Source: an uncultured Victivallales bacterium | GTDB lineage: Bacteria; Verrucomicrobiota; Kiritimatiellia; UBA8416; CAYOBW01 | DNA: 64,000 nt | Assembly: GCA_964402115.1 (NCBI GenBank) | Contig: CAYOBW010000006.1 | Location: 3,303-67,302 of the forward strand | Direction of reading: 5' to 3' | Shown: positions 46,405 to 55,919 of the stretch, piece after piece | How positions within the stretch are numbered: the first letter of the stretch is position 1 | Layout: each line of letters starts with the position of its first letter | The notes under the pieces: model-generated | Seen by the model: the letters and a program-made list of their open reading frames with translations, nothing else | Databases searched by the model: none | Told to the model about the DNA's origin: nothing | Position numbers and translations under genes: made by a program

Positions 46405-46496
46405 ATGCCTTCCCTTTTCTGCCCGCGGAGATGCGTCTTGCATGCACGGCGGGTACGGCTAACATCTCGACAAGCGCATATGGGTAAGCGAGACCG

Positions 46497-47468
46497 ATGA
46501 AAAAATCCATGCTCAAATGCATTTATTTCTGCCTGGTGCTCACGGCGGTTCGTGCGCGTGCCGTGGAAGAGGGTCTGGTACGGGTGGAAGTGCGACAGCT
46601 GCAGCTGGGTGTCATGGCGGTGCTGACGGTCTATGCTCCCGACGAGCAGGCGGGGCGGCGAGCCTGCGCTCTCGCCTTCGACCGCGTGCGGGCGCTGTCC
46701 GCCGTTTGCTCGACTCTCGATCCCGACAGCGAGGTAAGCGCCTTGCAGGCACGGGCCGGCGTCGGTCCTGTGCCGGTGAGCGCGGAGTTGTTTGCGGTTC
46801 TGAGTCTGGCCCACACGCTGGCCGCACAGACCGACGGGCGCCTTGACCCCACTGTCGGGCCGCTTGTGCGGCTCTGGCGCCGGGCTCGATTGGATCGGGC
46901 ACTGCCCGATCCGGCTGCGCTCGCCACGGCTGGCCGCCTGACGGGCTACCGCCACATGCAATTCGATGCCGCCGCCGGGACGGTTGCGCTCGCTTTGCCT
47001 GGCATGCGTCTGGATCTGGGCGCCTTTGCCAAGGGTTTGGCCGGCGACCTTGCGTTGGCCGTCCTGCGCTCCAACGGCCTGCACCGCGCCATGATCGAAG
47101 CCGGCGGGGATATGGTTTTTGGCGCCGCTCCCCCGGGCCGCCCCGGTTGGCCAGTTGCCACCCCGCACCCGGGGCTCCCGGTTCTCGAACTGGCTGACAC
47201 CGCCCTGTCCGTGTCGGGCGATACGGTTCAGTATGTGGAAGTGGCGGGGCGTAGGTACAGCCACGTGGTGGACCCCGCCACCGGCATAGGGTTGACGAAC
47301 CGCCTCATGTGCGTCGTGCAGGCCCCTTGCGGCGCGTTGTCCGATCCTCTGGCGACAGCGGGCACCTTGATGCCGGAACCGGCTTTTCGCGCCCTGCTGG
47401 CGCGCCACCATCCCACCGCCCGGACGTGGGTCTTTCCCTCTCCAGAACCACCGGCTACGACACCTTGA
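46497..47468 (+). CDS. apbE: FAD:protein FMN transferase (ApbE family)
   Basis: Lipoprotein/signal-like N-terminus and ApbE patterns (TLDPDSEVSAL, LDLGAFAKGLAGD, IEAGGD, SVSGD...YSHVVDPATG). Confidence 0.8.
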   Translation: MKKSMLKCIYFCLVLTAVRARAVEEGLVRVEVRQLQLGVMAVLTVYAPDEQAGRRACALAFDRVRALSAVCSTLDPDSEVSALQARAGVGPVPVSAELFAVLSLAHTLAAQTDGRLDPTVGPLVRLWRRARLDRALPDPAALATAGRLTGYRHMQFDAAAGTVALALPGMRLDLGAFAKGLAGDLALAVLRSNGLHRAMIEAGGDMVFGAAPPGRPGWPVATPHPGLPVLELADTALSVSGDTVQYVEVAGRRYSHVVDPATGIGLTNRLMCVVQAPCGALSDPLATAGTLMPEPAFRALLARHHPTARTWVFPSPEPPATTP

Positions 47469-47473
47469 CGGGA

Positions 47474-47514
47474 AACGAAACGGGGAAGGCTGCCAGAGCC
47501 TTCCCCGTTTCGTT
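47474..47514. terminator. bidirectional hairpin terminator between convergent genes
   Basis: 17-bp perfect stem AACGAAACGGGGAAGGC (47474-47490), loop TGCCAGA, GCCTTCCCCGTTTCGTT (47498-47514). Lies between the apbE stop and the oxidoreductase stop. Confidence 0.8.
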
Positions 47515-47536
47515 CTATCGTCGCCTGGTACGACGT

Positions 47537-48823
47537 TTACCCGCGGCCGGGAATGGGCGCCTTTTCGTCGGCCGGCGCCTTGACCGTGCCTTTCTCGAAG
47601 TCTTGCCACGAGGGGCTGGCAGCCTGGTTGTACAGCGGCGAGTCCTTGTTGACCAGCAGGTCGTCCAGCTTGATCAATTCGCCCGTGTAGGCGGCCATGC
47701 GGCCCATGATGGCGCAGGCGGTCGATTCGGCCACGTTCTTCGCCTCGTTCAGGGCTTCGCTCTTCATAATGCTGTTGAGCAAATCCACGTGTTCCTGCAC
47801 ATAGGGCCCCTCGAACTCCTCGAAGTCCGGCACGTCGACTTTCTTGCTGCTTGTGATACGCCCGCCGCCCCACAAGTTGCCTTCACTGCCGTTGAGGAAT
47901 TCGCTCACCCGGCCGTAGGTGCCGTTGATCTGCCGGCACATGCTGTGAATGTGCACCCCGTCGCCGTAGTCGAAGTCGATGCTGAAGTTGTCGAACTGGT
48001 TGCCCGTCAGGCGGCGTGCACGACCGCCAAAGCCGATCGCCGCGATCGGCGTCCGGCCAATGTACCAGTTGGCGACGTCGATGTTGTGGACATGCTGTTC
48101 GACGATATGGTCGCCGCTGACTTCCATGAAGCTCGTCCAGTTGCGGACCATGTACTCCGCGTCGCTCCAATTCTGCTCGCGCGTCTTGTACCACAGCGCG
48201 CCGCCGCACCAGTAAATAGCCCCTCCGCAGATCTTGCCGATGACACCCTGCTTGACGGCCTCGTAGCCCTTGCGGTAGGCGTTCTGGTGGCGGCGTTGCG
48301 TGCCGGCCACGACCGACAGTTTCTTGGTCTTGGCGTCTTCGCCTGCGGCGATAACCATGCGGATGCCGAGGGGGTCGACGGCAACCGGCTTCTCCATGAA
48401 CACATGCTTGCCCGCCGCAATGGAGGCGGCGAAGTGCGGCGGCCGGAAGGCCGGCGGCGTAGCCATCAGGATGATGTCCGCGTCGGAGGCGCACACCTGC
48501 TTGTACGCGTCGAACCCGCCGAAGCACTTGTCCTCGGCCAGGCCGTACTTCTTGCCAGTACCGACGGCCTTATCCTTGAAGGCATCAGCTGCCGCAACCA
48601 GTTTCATCTCGATGCCCAGGTAGTCGCACGCGTGCTTGTGGTTGTCCAGGGCGCCGCTGCCGCGGCCGCCGCAACCGATGAGACCCACCTTGACGCTCTT
48701 CCCCGCCCACGGCTTGGCCGCGGCCTGGGCCCGGACCACGTAGGGCGCGGCTGTGAGGATGGCACCGGCCACAGTGGCGGTGCCCAGGAAATCCCTGCGA
48801 GTGAGTTGCGACTGACTGGTCAT
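47537..48823 (-). CDS. Gfo/Idh/MocA family oxidoreductase with a twin-arginine signal
   Basis: TAT motif TRRDFLGTATVAGAILTAAPYVVRA and a Rossmann motif VGLIGCGGRG. Typical Gfo/Idh/MocA length and pattern (EKP). Confidence 0.85.
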   Translation of the reverse strand: MTSQSQLTRRDFLGTATVAGAILTAAPYVVRAQAAAKPWAGKSVKVGLIGCGGRGSGALDNHKHACDYLGIEMKLVAAADAFKDKAVGTGKKYGLAEDKCFGGFDAYKQVCASDADIILMATPPAFRPPHFAASIAAGKHVFMEKPVAVDPLGIRMVIAAGEDAKTKKLSVVAGTQRRHQNAYRKGYEAVKQGVIGKICGGAIYWCGGALWYKTREQNWSDAEYMVRNWTSFMEVSGDHIVEQHVHNIDVANWYIGRTPIAAIGFGGRARRLTGNQFDNFSIDFDYGDGVHIHSMCRQINGTYGRVSEFLNGSEGNLWGGGRITSSKKVDVPDFEEFEGPYVQEHVDLLNSIMKSEALNEAKNVAESTACAIMGRMAAYTGELIKLDDLLVNKDSPLYNQAASPSWQDFEKGTVKAPADEKAPIPGRG

Positions 48824-48980
48824 GGATGCTCCTCCCTATGCGTTTATTGCCTCGTACTGAACTCCCCGCTCCGGTTGTTGGACGGGGGGATCCGAACACC
48901 ATCCGAATCGTCGCGTTATGTAGCCTCCGCACGCTTCTGTCAAGGGCCGATTCGGCTTTTCCTTATTACGTGCGGTTCGC

Positions 48981-49018
48981 CGAAAACGAACGGGCCGGTC
49001 ACTCGCATGACCGGCCCG
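48981..49018 (-). terminator. rho-independent terminator after the coiled-coil gene
   Basis: CGGGCCGGTCA (48991-49001), loop CTCGCA, TGACCGGCCCG (49008-49018). On the minus strand it is followed by TTCGTTTTCGG. Confidence 0.7.
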
Positions 49019-49042
49019 CATATTCGCCTATGTCCGCTGCGC

Positions 49043-50155
49043 TTAGTAGACGATGAGATCGCCTTCCTGAATGTCCGTCTGCTGCCAGCCGGTCAACACA
49101 TCCGCGACGCCCACGTTCTCGTTGTCGCGGAGGTGGTCCAGTTTGACCTTCGTCACGAAGACATCCTTGCCGTCAACCTTGCGGTTGATGATGAGGTCAA
49201 CCTTCGGCAGCGACCCCTTGCGACGTTCGGCTTCTTTCCGCATCTGCTCGATGAAGGCGTCGCTGAAGCGCAGGACCACGAAGTTCCAGTCCTTGTTGAC
49301 CGAGACCACCTGACCCACCGTGCCGCGCGCCAGATTGGGGAAGTACTGTGCCACGCCGCCCGGCACGGTGCCCTCCATCAACTCGGCGATGCGCTTCTCC
49401 AGAACCTTGATCTCGTTCTTCTGGTCTTCGATCTTCTCGTTGCGCTCCGTGATCGTCTGTTTCTGCTCGGCGATCGTGTCGTTGAGGCGGCGGATTTCGC
49501 CATCCAGTTCCTCGATCTTCGTTTCGAGCGTCTTGATCTTCTCTTCCAGTTGGACGATGGCTCGGTCGCGTTCGGTGATCGTGAACAAAGCCTCGCGCAG
49601 GCTCTTCTTCTTCCCGTTCAACTCGGTGATCGTATCCACCAGCTCCTCGCGGAGCTTGCGGAGTTGGTGACGGGTTTCGTTCAGGCGATTGAGCTGGTCT
49701 TCCGATTTCTTAAGGATCTCGTCCAGCACCTCCTGCATGGTGCCTTCGCCCTTAATGATCTTCATCCCGGTGGCGAGATCGACGGCCGGCTTCTGCGTCA
49801 CGGGATCGAGCTTGTAATACTGCTTGAGCTGATCCTTGCGCTTGGCCACGTCGAGCGTGGGCTGATCGGCGAGTTCGAGTTGATGCTGATAGGTCTCCCA
49901 GAACGCGGACTTCTTGGGGGTCTCGTTCGGCTCGGCCGTGGTCTCGTCCACGTCGCGCGCGACATAGTCCGGCTTGGTGTCCACCTTGGCCCCTTCAACC
50001 TCGAGGGTAGGGCCGAGAGATATCAGGGTTTGCTCCAGCTTCTGGGTGCGCCCCTTCAACACCTCGCGCTTGCCGAACAACAGGATGCCCAGCGTAAGTG
50101 CACCAATCGAAAGAATCGTTAGAATGATAACCAAAACACGCAGGAACTTGCCCAT
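49043..50155 (-). CDS. membrane-anchored coiled-coil protein of unknown function
   Basis: N-terminal TM segment (VLVIILTILSIGALTLGILLF), a long Lys/Glu-rich coiled coil (LEEKIKTLETKIEELDGEIRRLNDTIAEQKQTITERNEKIEDQKNEIKVLEKRIAEL), and a small C-terminal beta-rich domain. Confidence 0.75.
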   Translation of the reverse strand: MGKFLRVLVIILTILSIGALTLGILLFGKREVLKGRTQKLEQTLISLGPTLEVEGAKVDTKPDYVARDVDETTAEPNETPKKSAFWETYQHQLELADQPTLDVAKRKDQLKQYYKLDPVTQKPAVDLATGMKIIKGEGTMQEVLDEILKKSEDQLNRLNETRHQLRKLREELVDTITELNGKKKSLREALFTITERDRAIVQLEEKIKTLETKIEELDGEIRRLNDTIAEQKQTITERNEKIEDQKNEIKVLEKRIAELMEGTVPGGVAQYFPNLARGTVGQVVSVNKDWNFVVLRFSDAFIEQMRKEAERRKGSLPKVDLIINRKVDGKDVFVTKVKLDHLRDNENVGVADVLTGWQQTDIQEGDLIVY

Positions 50156-50445
50156 AGTTCGTACCTCAGAAGACCCCTTTTGACGTTCGTCAAACCACCG
50201 TCAGCGTGGACAGGACTATGTCGGAAACGCAGGGGGATGTCAAAAGGAAACTTGGCTGAATTCGGACGGCTTATCCGCTGGCGGGCTCAAGGGGTCGGAA
50301 AGTCCCCCGAGAAGGCGTGCCGCAGGTTGCCGAAGATGTGCCGCTTGGTCTTCGCCGTCCCGGTCTGCGGCTCCAAGAAGCGAGCGGCGGGAAACGTCTA
50401 TAGTGGTGTCAGCTTACATCGCATGCAGACAGACGCAAAAAGCGG

Positions 50446-50475
50446 TTGACCCGTTGCCGGTCACTTCAGTATAGG
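50446..50475 (+). promoter_or_regulatory. candidate sigma70-type promoter immediately upstream of the TPR gene
   Basis: TTGACC (50446-50451), an 18-nt spacer, then TATAGG (50470-50475). The ATG at 50485 lies only about 10 nt downstream, so the mRNA would have little or no leader. Pattern match only. Confidence 0.25.
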
Positions 50476-50484
50476 TATGCCGCC

Positions 50485-53400
50485 ATGAACAGACGCAGAT
50501 TCCCTTCGCTGTTTTGTCACGCAGTCGCACTAGCGCTGATCGCTGTTTTCGGCTGCTGGCGCACCTCCGCGCACGCGCAGGGCGTCAGTGGCGAACTGCC
50601 CGAGAAAGCGCGCATCGAGATCGAGTACATCAAGGAACTTCAGGAACTGGGCCTGCCGGACTATGCGGACATCGTCATCGCCAAGGTCGAGGCGGAGTTC
50701 GGCAAGGAGGTCAAGTACGCGATCGAAGTCCTGAAGATGAGCGGCTTGCTCCAACTTGGGAAATTCGAGGAGGTCAAGAAAGTCATCGCCTCCAAGCCGG
50801 ACCAGAACGGCGAACTCGTTTGGGCGCTGAAACTCGCGCTGGCGGACGGGCACTACGCGTGGGGGCAATATAAGGAAGCGCAGGAGCTCTACAACGCGTT
50901 CTTTGCCGCTTTCCCGAATGGGCCGCCAGCCGCCCTCAAGCGGTTCTATATAGATGCCGCGTTCAAGTACGCCCAGATGTTGCTGCTCATGGGGAACCCC
51001 GCGGGGGCGCTCACGGCTTTCGACAACGTGTTGAAGGCCAAGCCAGCCAAGAATGTGGCTCGGCAGATCCAAGGCGAAACGGCCGAGTTGCTTGTGAAAC
51101 TGGCCGAAGACTCGCAGGGCGCCGAACGCAAGCAGTACATGGAGCGGGCCGAGAAACTCTGCACAGAGATCCTCTGGGTACAGGATCTCTGGTTTGGCAA
51201 GGCCATCGTCTACCTGGCCCACATCAAGCAGCTGCGGGGCGATATCAAGGGGGCGAAAGCGCTTATCGACGAGTACACGCCGCAACTGAGGCAGATAGAC
51301 GAATCCCTCAAGCAACAGTCCGAGGAGACCGGCGATGACCTGACGCGTCTCAATCCCATGGCCGAGTGTCGCTACCTGATCGCCGTCATGATGGACGAGG
51401 AAGCGGTCCGCTTACTTAAGGAAGGCAAGAAACAGGAGGCGCTGGACCTTTGGATCGGTGAGAAACTCGCCTCCGGAGAGCGCGCCACGGGCGCGTACCA
51501 GCACTTCATCAATGTCTTCATCCGGTACCCGGCCACCAAGTGGGCGCCGGACGCCGGCGTGCGCGGCAGTCGTATTGAGGAATCGCTGGCGAAGGACTTC
51601 GGCGTCAAGATCGAGAAGAAGGTCACGCCCAAGATGATGGCGGACGTCGAACGCTACCAGTTCCAGTCCGCCCGCGTGCTCTACAACCAGAAGAACTGGC
51701 AGGAGGCAGCGGATTCGTATGTGACCGTCCTGAATCTCTTCGGGCAATCCACCGCCGCCATCTCGGCGCTGGGTGACCTGGCTCACTGCTACCTGGAGTT
51801 AAAGGAAGAGCTTTATGCGGAAATGGTTGTGCGGTTCATTGGCGAGCGTTTCGGACGACGGCGGGAGTTGATGGGCGATGCGGGCAACCAGATGCTCCGA
51901 CTGGCCGACGAAGCGGCAGACGATTTCAATCTCCCGCTCCTGCGTGACCGTATTCACAACGCCTACTTCGATCTGGTGAAGGGTCACTCCCGCGCGCCGG
52001 ACCTGCTGTACCGTTTCGGCGAGAAGAAAGTCGAGGCGGGCGATCTGCCGGCGGCTCGCAGCTACTTCGATCGCATCATCAAGAACTATACCAACGCGCT
52101 GGTCTACCTGCCGGCACACAGCATGTTGGCGGCGACTTGGGAGAAGGCCAACGACCAGACCAACGCGCTGGCGGTTCTGGAGCAGTACCTTCAGAAACTG
52201 GAGAAGACCACCAACCCCGGCGCCCCCGGCATCCTCACGCGCCTACGTATTGCGGGCACGCATAAAGCCTTTGGCGGCAATGATATGCTGCAAAATGCGA
52301 TCAAGGTCTACAGCGAGGTCGTGCAGCTGGTCAAGTCGGATGACAAGCGCTACTTCAAGAACCAGGAGGAGCGGGCACACAATCGTGTCAACATGGAAGC
52401 CGCGATCTTCTTCAAGGCGCTGTGCCTCACGATGTTGACCGAACCAGCCGATCAGGCCAACGCTTTCAAGGAGAAGGCCATCGGCGATTATCGCATGCTC
52501 CTGCAGGAGTTTCCCAAGTCCCAGTATGCCGCCGCAGCGTTGAGCCGGGTTGGCGTGTTGTGGACCCTGCTCGGAAATGCGCAGGAGGCCGAGAAGGCGC
52601 TGCGCGAGCTGGAGGAGAAGTATCCCGACACGGAAGAGGCCAAGAACTCCAAGTTCATGCTGGCCAAGAGTTTGCTGGAGCTCAAGAAGCGCGATCAGGC
52701 GATTGCCGTCTTCAAGGAGATGTTTGGCGCCGGCAGTGGGAAGTTTTCGGGTAGTCAGATGCTGACGGCCGGCCGTGAACTTCTGATCGCCAACGAGTAC
52801 GAGATCGCCATGCAGGCGTTTGACCAGGCCCTCGTCAAGGCGAATGGCGTTCGCAATGTCGAAGAGCCGGCCCTGCTGGGCAAGGGCAAGTGCCTCACGG
52901 AACTGAAGCGCTATGCCGAAGGGGGTAAGATCCTGACGCAGATGCTGGCCAAGTTCGAGAAGTCCGGATACACCGTGGAAGCCTGCCTGAATCTCAGCCG
53001 CTGTACCGCTGAACTTGCCAGCGAGGAGAAGGATGCGGCCAAGCGGCGCGCCATGTTCGACGACTCGGTCAAGGCAATGCAGCGCGTCCTCAAGTACGAC
53101 TCCACGCCGGCTCGTCGGACAGAAGTGGCCGTCGCCGTCGGCAAGATCAATGAACGCAAGGCCAAGGCCGAGGCCGCCAACAATCAAACCGATGCCGGCA
53201 AGGCCAAGGCGCGTGAGTACCTGAACGACGCCATTGCATCCTATCTGACCATGCTGCAGATGACCGACGCCAACGCCCCGGGCGTGACGCCGCACCTGCA
53301 GGATGCCTATGCCGCATGTGTTCCGTTGCTGCTGGAGACGGTCGACCAGGGTAAGGAGCGGGTCGAGATGGCGATCGAGGAGTGCGACGCCTACATCCAG

Positions 53401-53607
53401 CGTTACCCTGAAGGCAAGTACATTACGGAAATCAGGCGGTGGCGCAGTCAGGCCATGATCAAGGCCACCCAGCTGGGGATAGTCGGAGCCGGTCAGGTCA
53501 AGGAGAAGGAAGCGGCGCCAGCCGCCGGGACGGCGCCCGTGGCGACGCCTGCGCCGGCCGTGGCGCCTGCAGCCGCGGGAACCAATCCCCCCGCGGCCAA
53601 GCCTTGA
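50485..53607 (+). CDS. large exported TPR-repeat protein (~1040 aa)
   Basis: Signal-like N-terminus (FCHAVALALIAVFGCWRTSAHA), many TPR-like helical pairs (for example GHYAWGQYKEAQELYNAFF, AGDLPAARSYFDRIIKNY), and a Pro/Ala-rich tail. Confidence 0.8.
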   Translation: MNRRRFPSLFCHAVALALIAVFGCWRTSAHAQGVSGELPEKARIEIEYIKELQELGLPDYADIVIAKVEAEFGKEVKYAIEVLKMSGLLQLGKFEEVKKVIASKPDQNGELVWALKLALADGHYAWGQYKEAQELYNAFFAAFPNGPPAALKRFYIDAAFKYAQMLLLMGNPAGALTAFDNVLKAKPAKNVARQIQGETAELLVKLAEDSQGAERKQYMERAEKLCTEILWVQDLWFGKAIVYLAHIKQLRGDIKGAKALIDEYTPQLRQIDESLKQQSEETGDDLTRLNPMAECRYLIAVMMDEEAVRLLKEGKKQEALDLWIGEKLASGERATGAYQHFINVFIRYPATKWAPDAGVRGSRIEESLAKDFGVKIEKKVTPKMMADVERYQFQSARVLYNQKNWQEAADSYVTVLNLFGQSTAAISALGDLAHCYLELKEELYAEMVVRFIGERFGRRRELMGDAGNQMLRLADEAADDFNLPLLRDRIHNAYFDLVKGHSRAPDLLYRFGEKKVEAGDLPAARSYFDRIIKNYTNALVYLPAHSMLAATWEKANDQTNALAVLEQYLQKLEKTTNPGAPGILTRLRIAGTHKAFGGNDMLQNAIKVYSEVVQLVKSDDKRYFKNQEERAHNRVNMEAAIFFKALCLTMLTEPADQANAFKEKAIGDYRMLLQEFPKSQYAAAALSRVGVLWTLLGNAQEAEKALRELEEKYPDTEEAKNSKFMLAKSLLELKKRDQAIAVFKEMFGAGSGKFSGSQMLTAGRELLIANEYEIAMQAFDQALVKANGVRNVEEPALLGKGKCLTELKRYAEGGKILTQMLAKFEKSGYTVEACLNLSRCTAELASEEKDAAKRRAMFDDSVKAMQRVLKYDSTPARRTEVAVAVGKINERKAKAEAANNQTDAGKAKAREYLNDAIASYLTMLQMTDANAPGVTPHLQDAYAACVPLLLETVDQGKERVEMAIEECDAYIQRYPEGKYITEIRRWRSQAMIKATQLGIVGAGQVKEKEAAPAAGTAPVATPAPAVAPAAAGTNPPAAKP

Positions 53608-53661
53608 CCCGTCACGTGTGACATGCGATATAGCAACCGATTGCGAAAGAGAGGCTATGGA

Positions 53662-54480
53662 ATGACGACGACACAAAGCAGACAAGTCAGGGGCATGATC
53701 CGCGCGGCCTGTTGGGTGCTCTTCATGGCTGCCACGGTGGCGCAGGCCGCCGTTGAAGGCGCTATCTTCAAGACGGGCGACGAGCAGCGTCCGATAGAAG
53801 GCTCGATCCGTTGGCGGGCAGCCAGTAAGGAGTATGCCGTAACGACAAAGGATAACAGCGTCATGCTCAGCATTCCGCTGGATGAAGTCGGCGGTATGCG
53901 CATCAAGCGTCCCGCCAATCTCGACGGCCTGATCAACCAGGTTCGGCAGGGGCAGTTCTCCCCCGCCATCCCCGGGCTTGAGGCCATTGTCGAGGAATAC
54001 ACGATGCTGCAGTACGATATGGACGCTGGCGCGGCGCTGGCGCGCGCCTACATGGGCAACAAGGACCCAAAGAAGGCCGCGGCTACTTGCGAGAAGGTGT
54101 TGGCCGACAAGCCGGAGCAGACAATCAGCCGTGAACTCGTGGACGCCTATTGGGATGCCTTGCTCGATACCGAACAATATGCCCGGCTGCGCGAGCAGCT
54201 CTCGAAGGCGATCGAGACGGGCAACCGGGAAGTTGCCGCCCAGGCCCACAACAAGCGGGGCGACATTGATTTCAAGCGGGGCGACCCGAAGACGGCGCTT
54301 ATGGACGGCTACCTGCGCACGGTGACGCTATTCCGCGACGTCAAAGCCGTGCAGCCCGAGGCGCTCTACAAGGCGTATCTCTGTTTCGACAAGCTGGGGC
54401 AGAACAGCCACAAGGACAAGATGCGCAAGCGGCTGATGCAGGAATTCGCGAGCAGCCCGCAGGCGCAGCAGGTGCGCTAG
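53662..54480 (+). CDS. exported TPR-like protein
   Basis: Signal peptide (AACWVLFMAATVAQAA) and C-terminal TPR-like helices (AAQAHNKRGDIDFKRGDPKTALMDGYLR). Start set at MTTTQS. Confidence 0.7.
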   Translation: MTTTQSRQVRGMIRAACWVLFMAATVAQAAVEGAIFKTGDEQRPIEGSIRWRAASKEYAVTTKDNSVMLSIPLDEVGGMRIKRPANLDGLINQVRQGQFSPAIPGLEAIVEEYTMLQYDMDAGAALARAYMGNKDPKKAAATCEKVLADKPEQTISRELVDAYWDALLDTEQYARLREQLSKAIETGNREVAAQAHNKRGDIDFKRGDPKTALMDGYLRTVTLFRDVKAVQPEALYKAYLCFDKLGQNSHKDKMRKRLMQEFASSPQAQQVR

Positions 54481-54631
54481 GCCCCGAGTTCGCGGGGAGC
54501 GGTTTCCGATGTCGTGATGGGAGCAGAGCGGGAGACCGCTCCGGGGGGGGGATGGACCGGTCCCGACCGGTCGGGTTTACAGGTTAAGTGGGGCAGCTCA
54601 GATCCGTGAGGACAAAAGGAGAAGGTGACGC

Positions 54632-55423
54632 ATGAAGAGGATGATGAGGGTGGCGGTATTGGTCGGTACGTTGGCCTTGTGCACGCCTGCGATGCGTGTT
54701 TCGGCCCAGGATGCAGCCCCGGCGGCTGATGCCGGCGCGCTGGTAACGGCAGCCGGAGGCGACGCTGCCGAAACCAAGCCGGCCGCCAACATGGGTCTGT
54801 GGGCCGTTATCATGAGTTCCGGCGCCCTCGGCGTGCTCCTGTGGATCGGTTTGTTCGGCGCGGGCGCCGCGGGCATCTACTTCGTGGTGGACTGTTCCAT
54901 CACCATCCGCACGAAGCGCATCATGCCGCAGTCGCTGATTGACAACGTCAACCAGGCGATGACCGAGGGCGACGTGCTCAAGGCCCTCAAGTCCTGCGAG
55001 AACGAGCCGGGGCCGCTGGCGAACGTGCTGACCGCCGGCTTCAGCCACGTGGAAGAAGGCTTCGATATCATCCAGGAATCCATCGCCACGGCCGCCAATC
55101 TCGAGACGGAGAAGCTGATGCAGAAGATCACCTGGCTGTCTGTCTGCGCCAACCTGGCGCCGATGCTGGGGTTGCTCGGAACCGTGCAGGGCATGATCTA
55201 CTGCTTCGCCAACCTCGGCAGCGGAGCCCCCGACGTCGCGGTGCTGGCCGTCAACATCGCCCAGGCCCTGTACACGACCGCCGCCGGTCTGCTGACCGCC
55301 GTGCCGTGCGTGACCGTTTACTACGTTTTCCGGAATGCGGCGAACAGGATCGTCCTGCGCATGGAAGCCATGACCATGGAACTGATCAAGGACCTGCGCA
55401 ATGTCGAGGTCGTGACCGAGTAA
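54632..55423 (+). CDS. exbB: MotA/TolQ/ExbB family proton channel
   Basis: N-terminal signal extension, three TM segments, and the signature LAPMLGLLGTVQGMI...IAQALYTTAAGLLTAVP. Confidence 0.9.
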   Translation: MKRMMRVAVLVGTLALCTPAMRVSAQDAAPAADAGALVTAAGGDAAETKPAANMGLWAVIMSSGALGVLLWIGLFGAGAAGIYFVVDCSITIRTKRIMPQSLIDNVNQAMTEGDVLKALKSCENEPGPLANVLTAGFSHVEEGFDIIQESIATAANLETEKLMQKITWLSVCANLAPMLGLLGTVQGMIYCFANLGSGAPDVAVLAVNIAQALYTTAAGLLTAVPCVTVYYVFRNAANRIVLRMEAMTMELIKDLRNVEVVTE

Positions 55424-55456
55424 TGTGCGCTTGCGAACAGGAAAGGGGGACACGAT

Positions 55457-55885
55457 ATGGCTAAGCGCGATTGCCCTCCCTGTGAGATCGACATGACGCC
55501 GATGATCGACGTCACGTTCCAGCTCATCATCTTCTTCATCGTCACGTTCAAGATCAACGAGAGTTTCAAGCAGGATATCGAGTTGGAGGATGCCAAGCAC
55601 GGCATGCTGCTCAAGGAAACCCGTGGCGCCATGATCGTGGAGGTTGACCGCAAAGGGGCGATTTCCATGTACAACTGCGGCATGTCGGAAGCCTACTTCA
55701 AGCATATCGTGACGCAACGGTTCAAGAACTCGGGGGATTTCCCCGTCATGATCCGTGCGGACAAGCGCACGAAGCACTCTGACGTGCGCAAAGTGATGGA
55801 TATCTGCTCCAGCATCGGCATCTGGAAGATCAACTTCCTCGGCATCCAGGAGTCGAAGGAATCGAAAGCACAGAGAAGCAAGTAA
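55457..55885 (+). CDS. exbD: ExbD/TolR family protein, copy 1
   Basis: IDMTPMIDVTFQLIIFFIV plus a periplasmic domain (VMIRADKRTKHSDVRKVMDIC). Confidence 0.9.
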   Translation: MAKRDCPPCEIDMTPMIDVTFQLIIFFIVTFKINESFKQDIELEDAKHGMLLKETRGAMIVEVDRKGAISMYNCGMSEAYFKHIVTQRFKNSGDFPVMIRADKRTKHSDVRKVMDICSSIGIWKINFLGIQESKESKAQRSK

Positions 55886-55919
55886 TCATCGACAACTTGT
55901 TCTCGGGGGGGACGTCGCC

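Noticed and set aside
47309-50122. 937-aa + strand ORF, the third longest in the track
   Set aside because: It runs antisense across the well-supported TAT-signal oxidoreductase and the coiled-coil gene, and through two hairpin terminators. Its translation is Arg/Gly/His/Val/Leu-rich low-complexity sequence (for example RRPEGRRRSHQDDVRVGGAHLL) with no motif. This is a typical open antisense frame in GC-rich DNA.
52243-54249. 668-aa minus-strand ORF. Similar long antisense ORFs occur at 55830-57782, 54584-55777, 10031-11821, 6242-7699, 8474-9664, 3824-4984, 14131-15330, 21070-22293, 23041-24540, 59766-61049, 60772-61980, 648-1697 and 700-1863.
   Set aside because: All lie opposite genes with clear family motifs. 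All have Arg/Pro/Gly/His-biased composition with no recognisable domains or plausible ribosome-binding sites. I treat them as GC-content artefacts.
54554-54578. GGACCGGTCC / CCCGACCGGTCGGG-TTT palindromes considered as the terminator of the TPR gene
   Set aside because: The stems are only about 5 bp once a sterically possible loop is allowed. The element lies about 80 nt past the stop, and exbB probably needs read-through. It is recorded only as context for the G9 tract.
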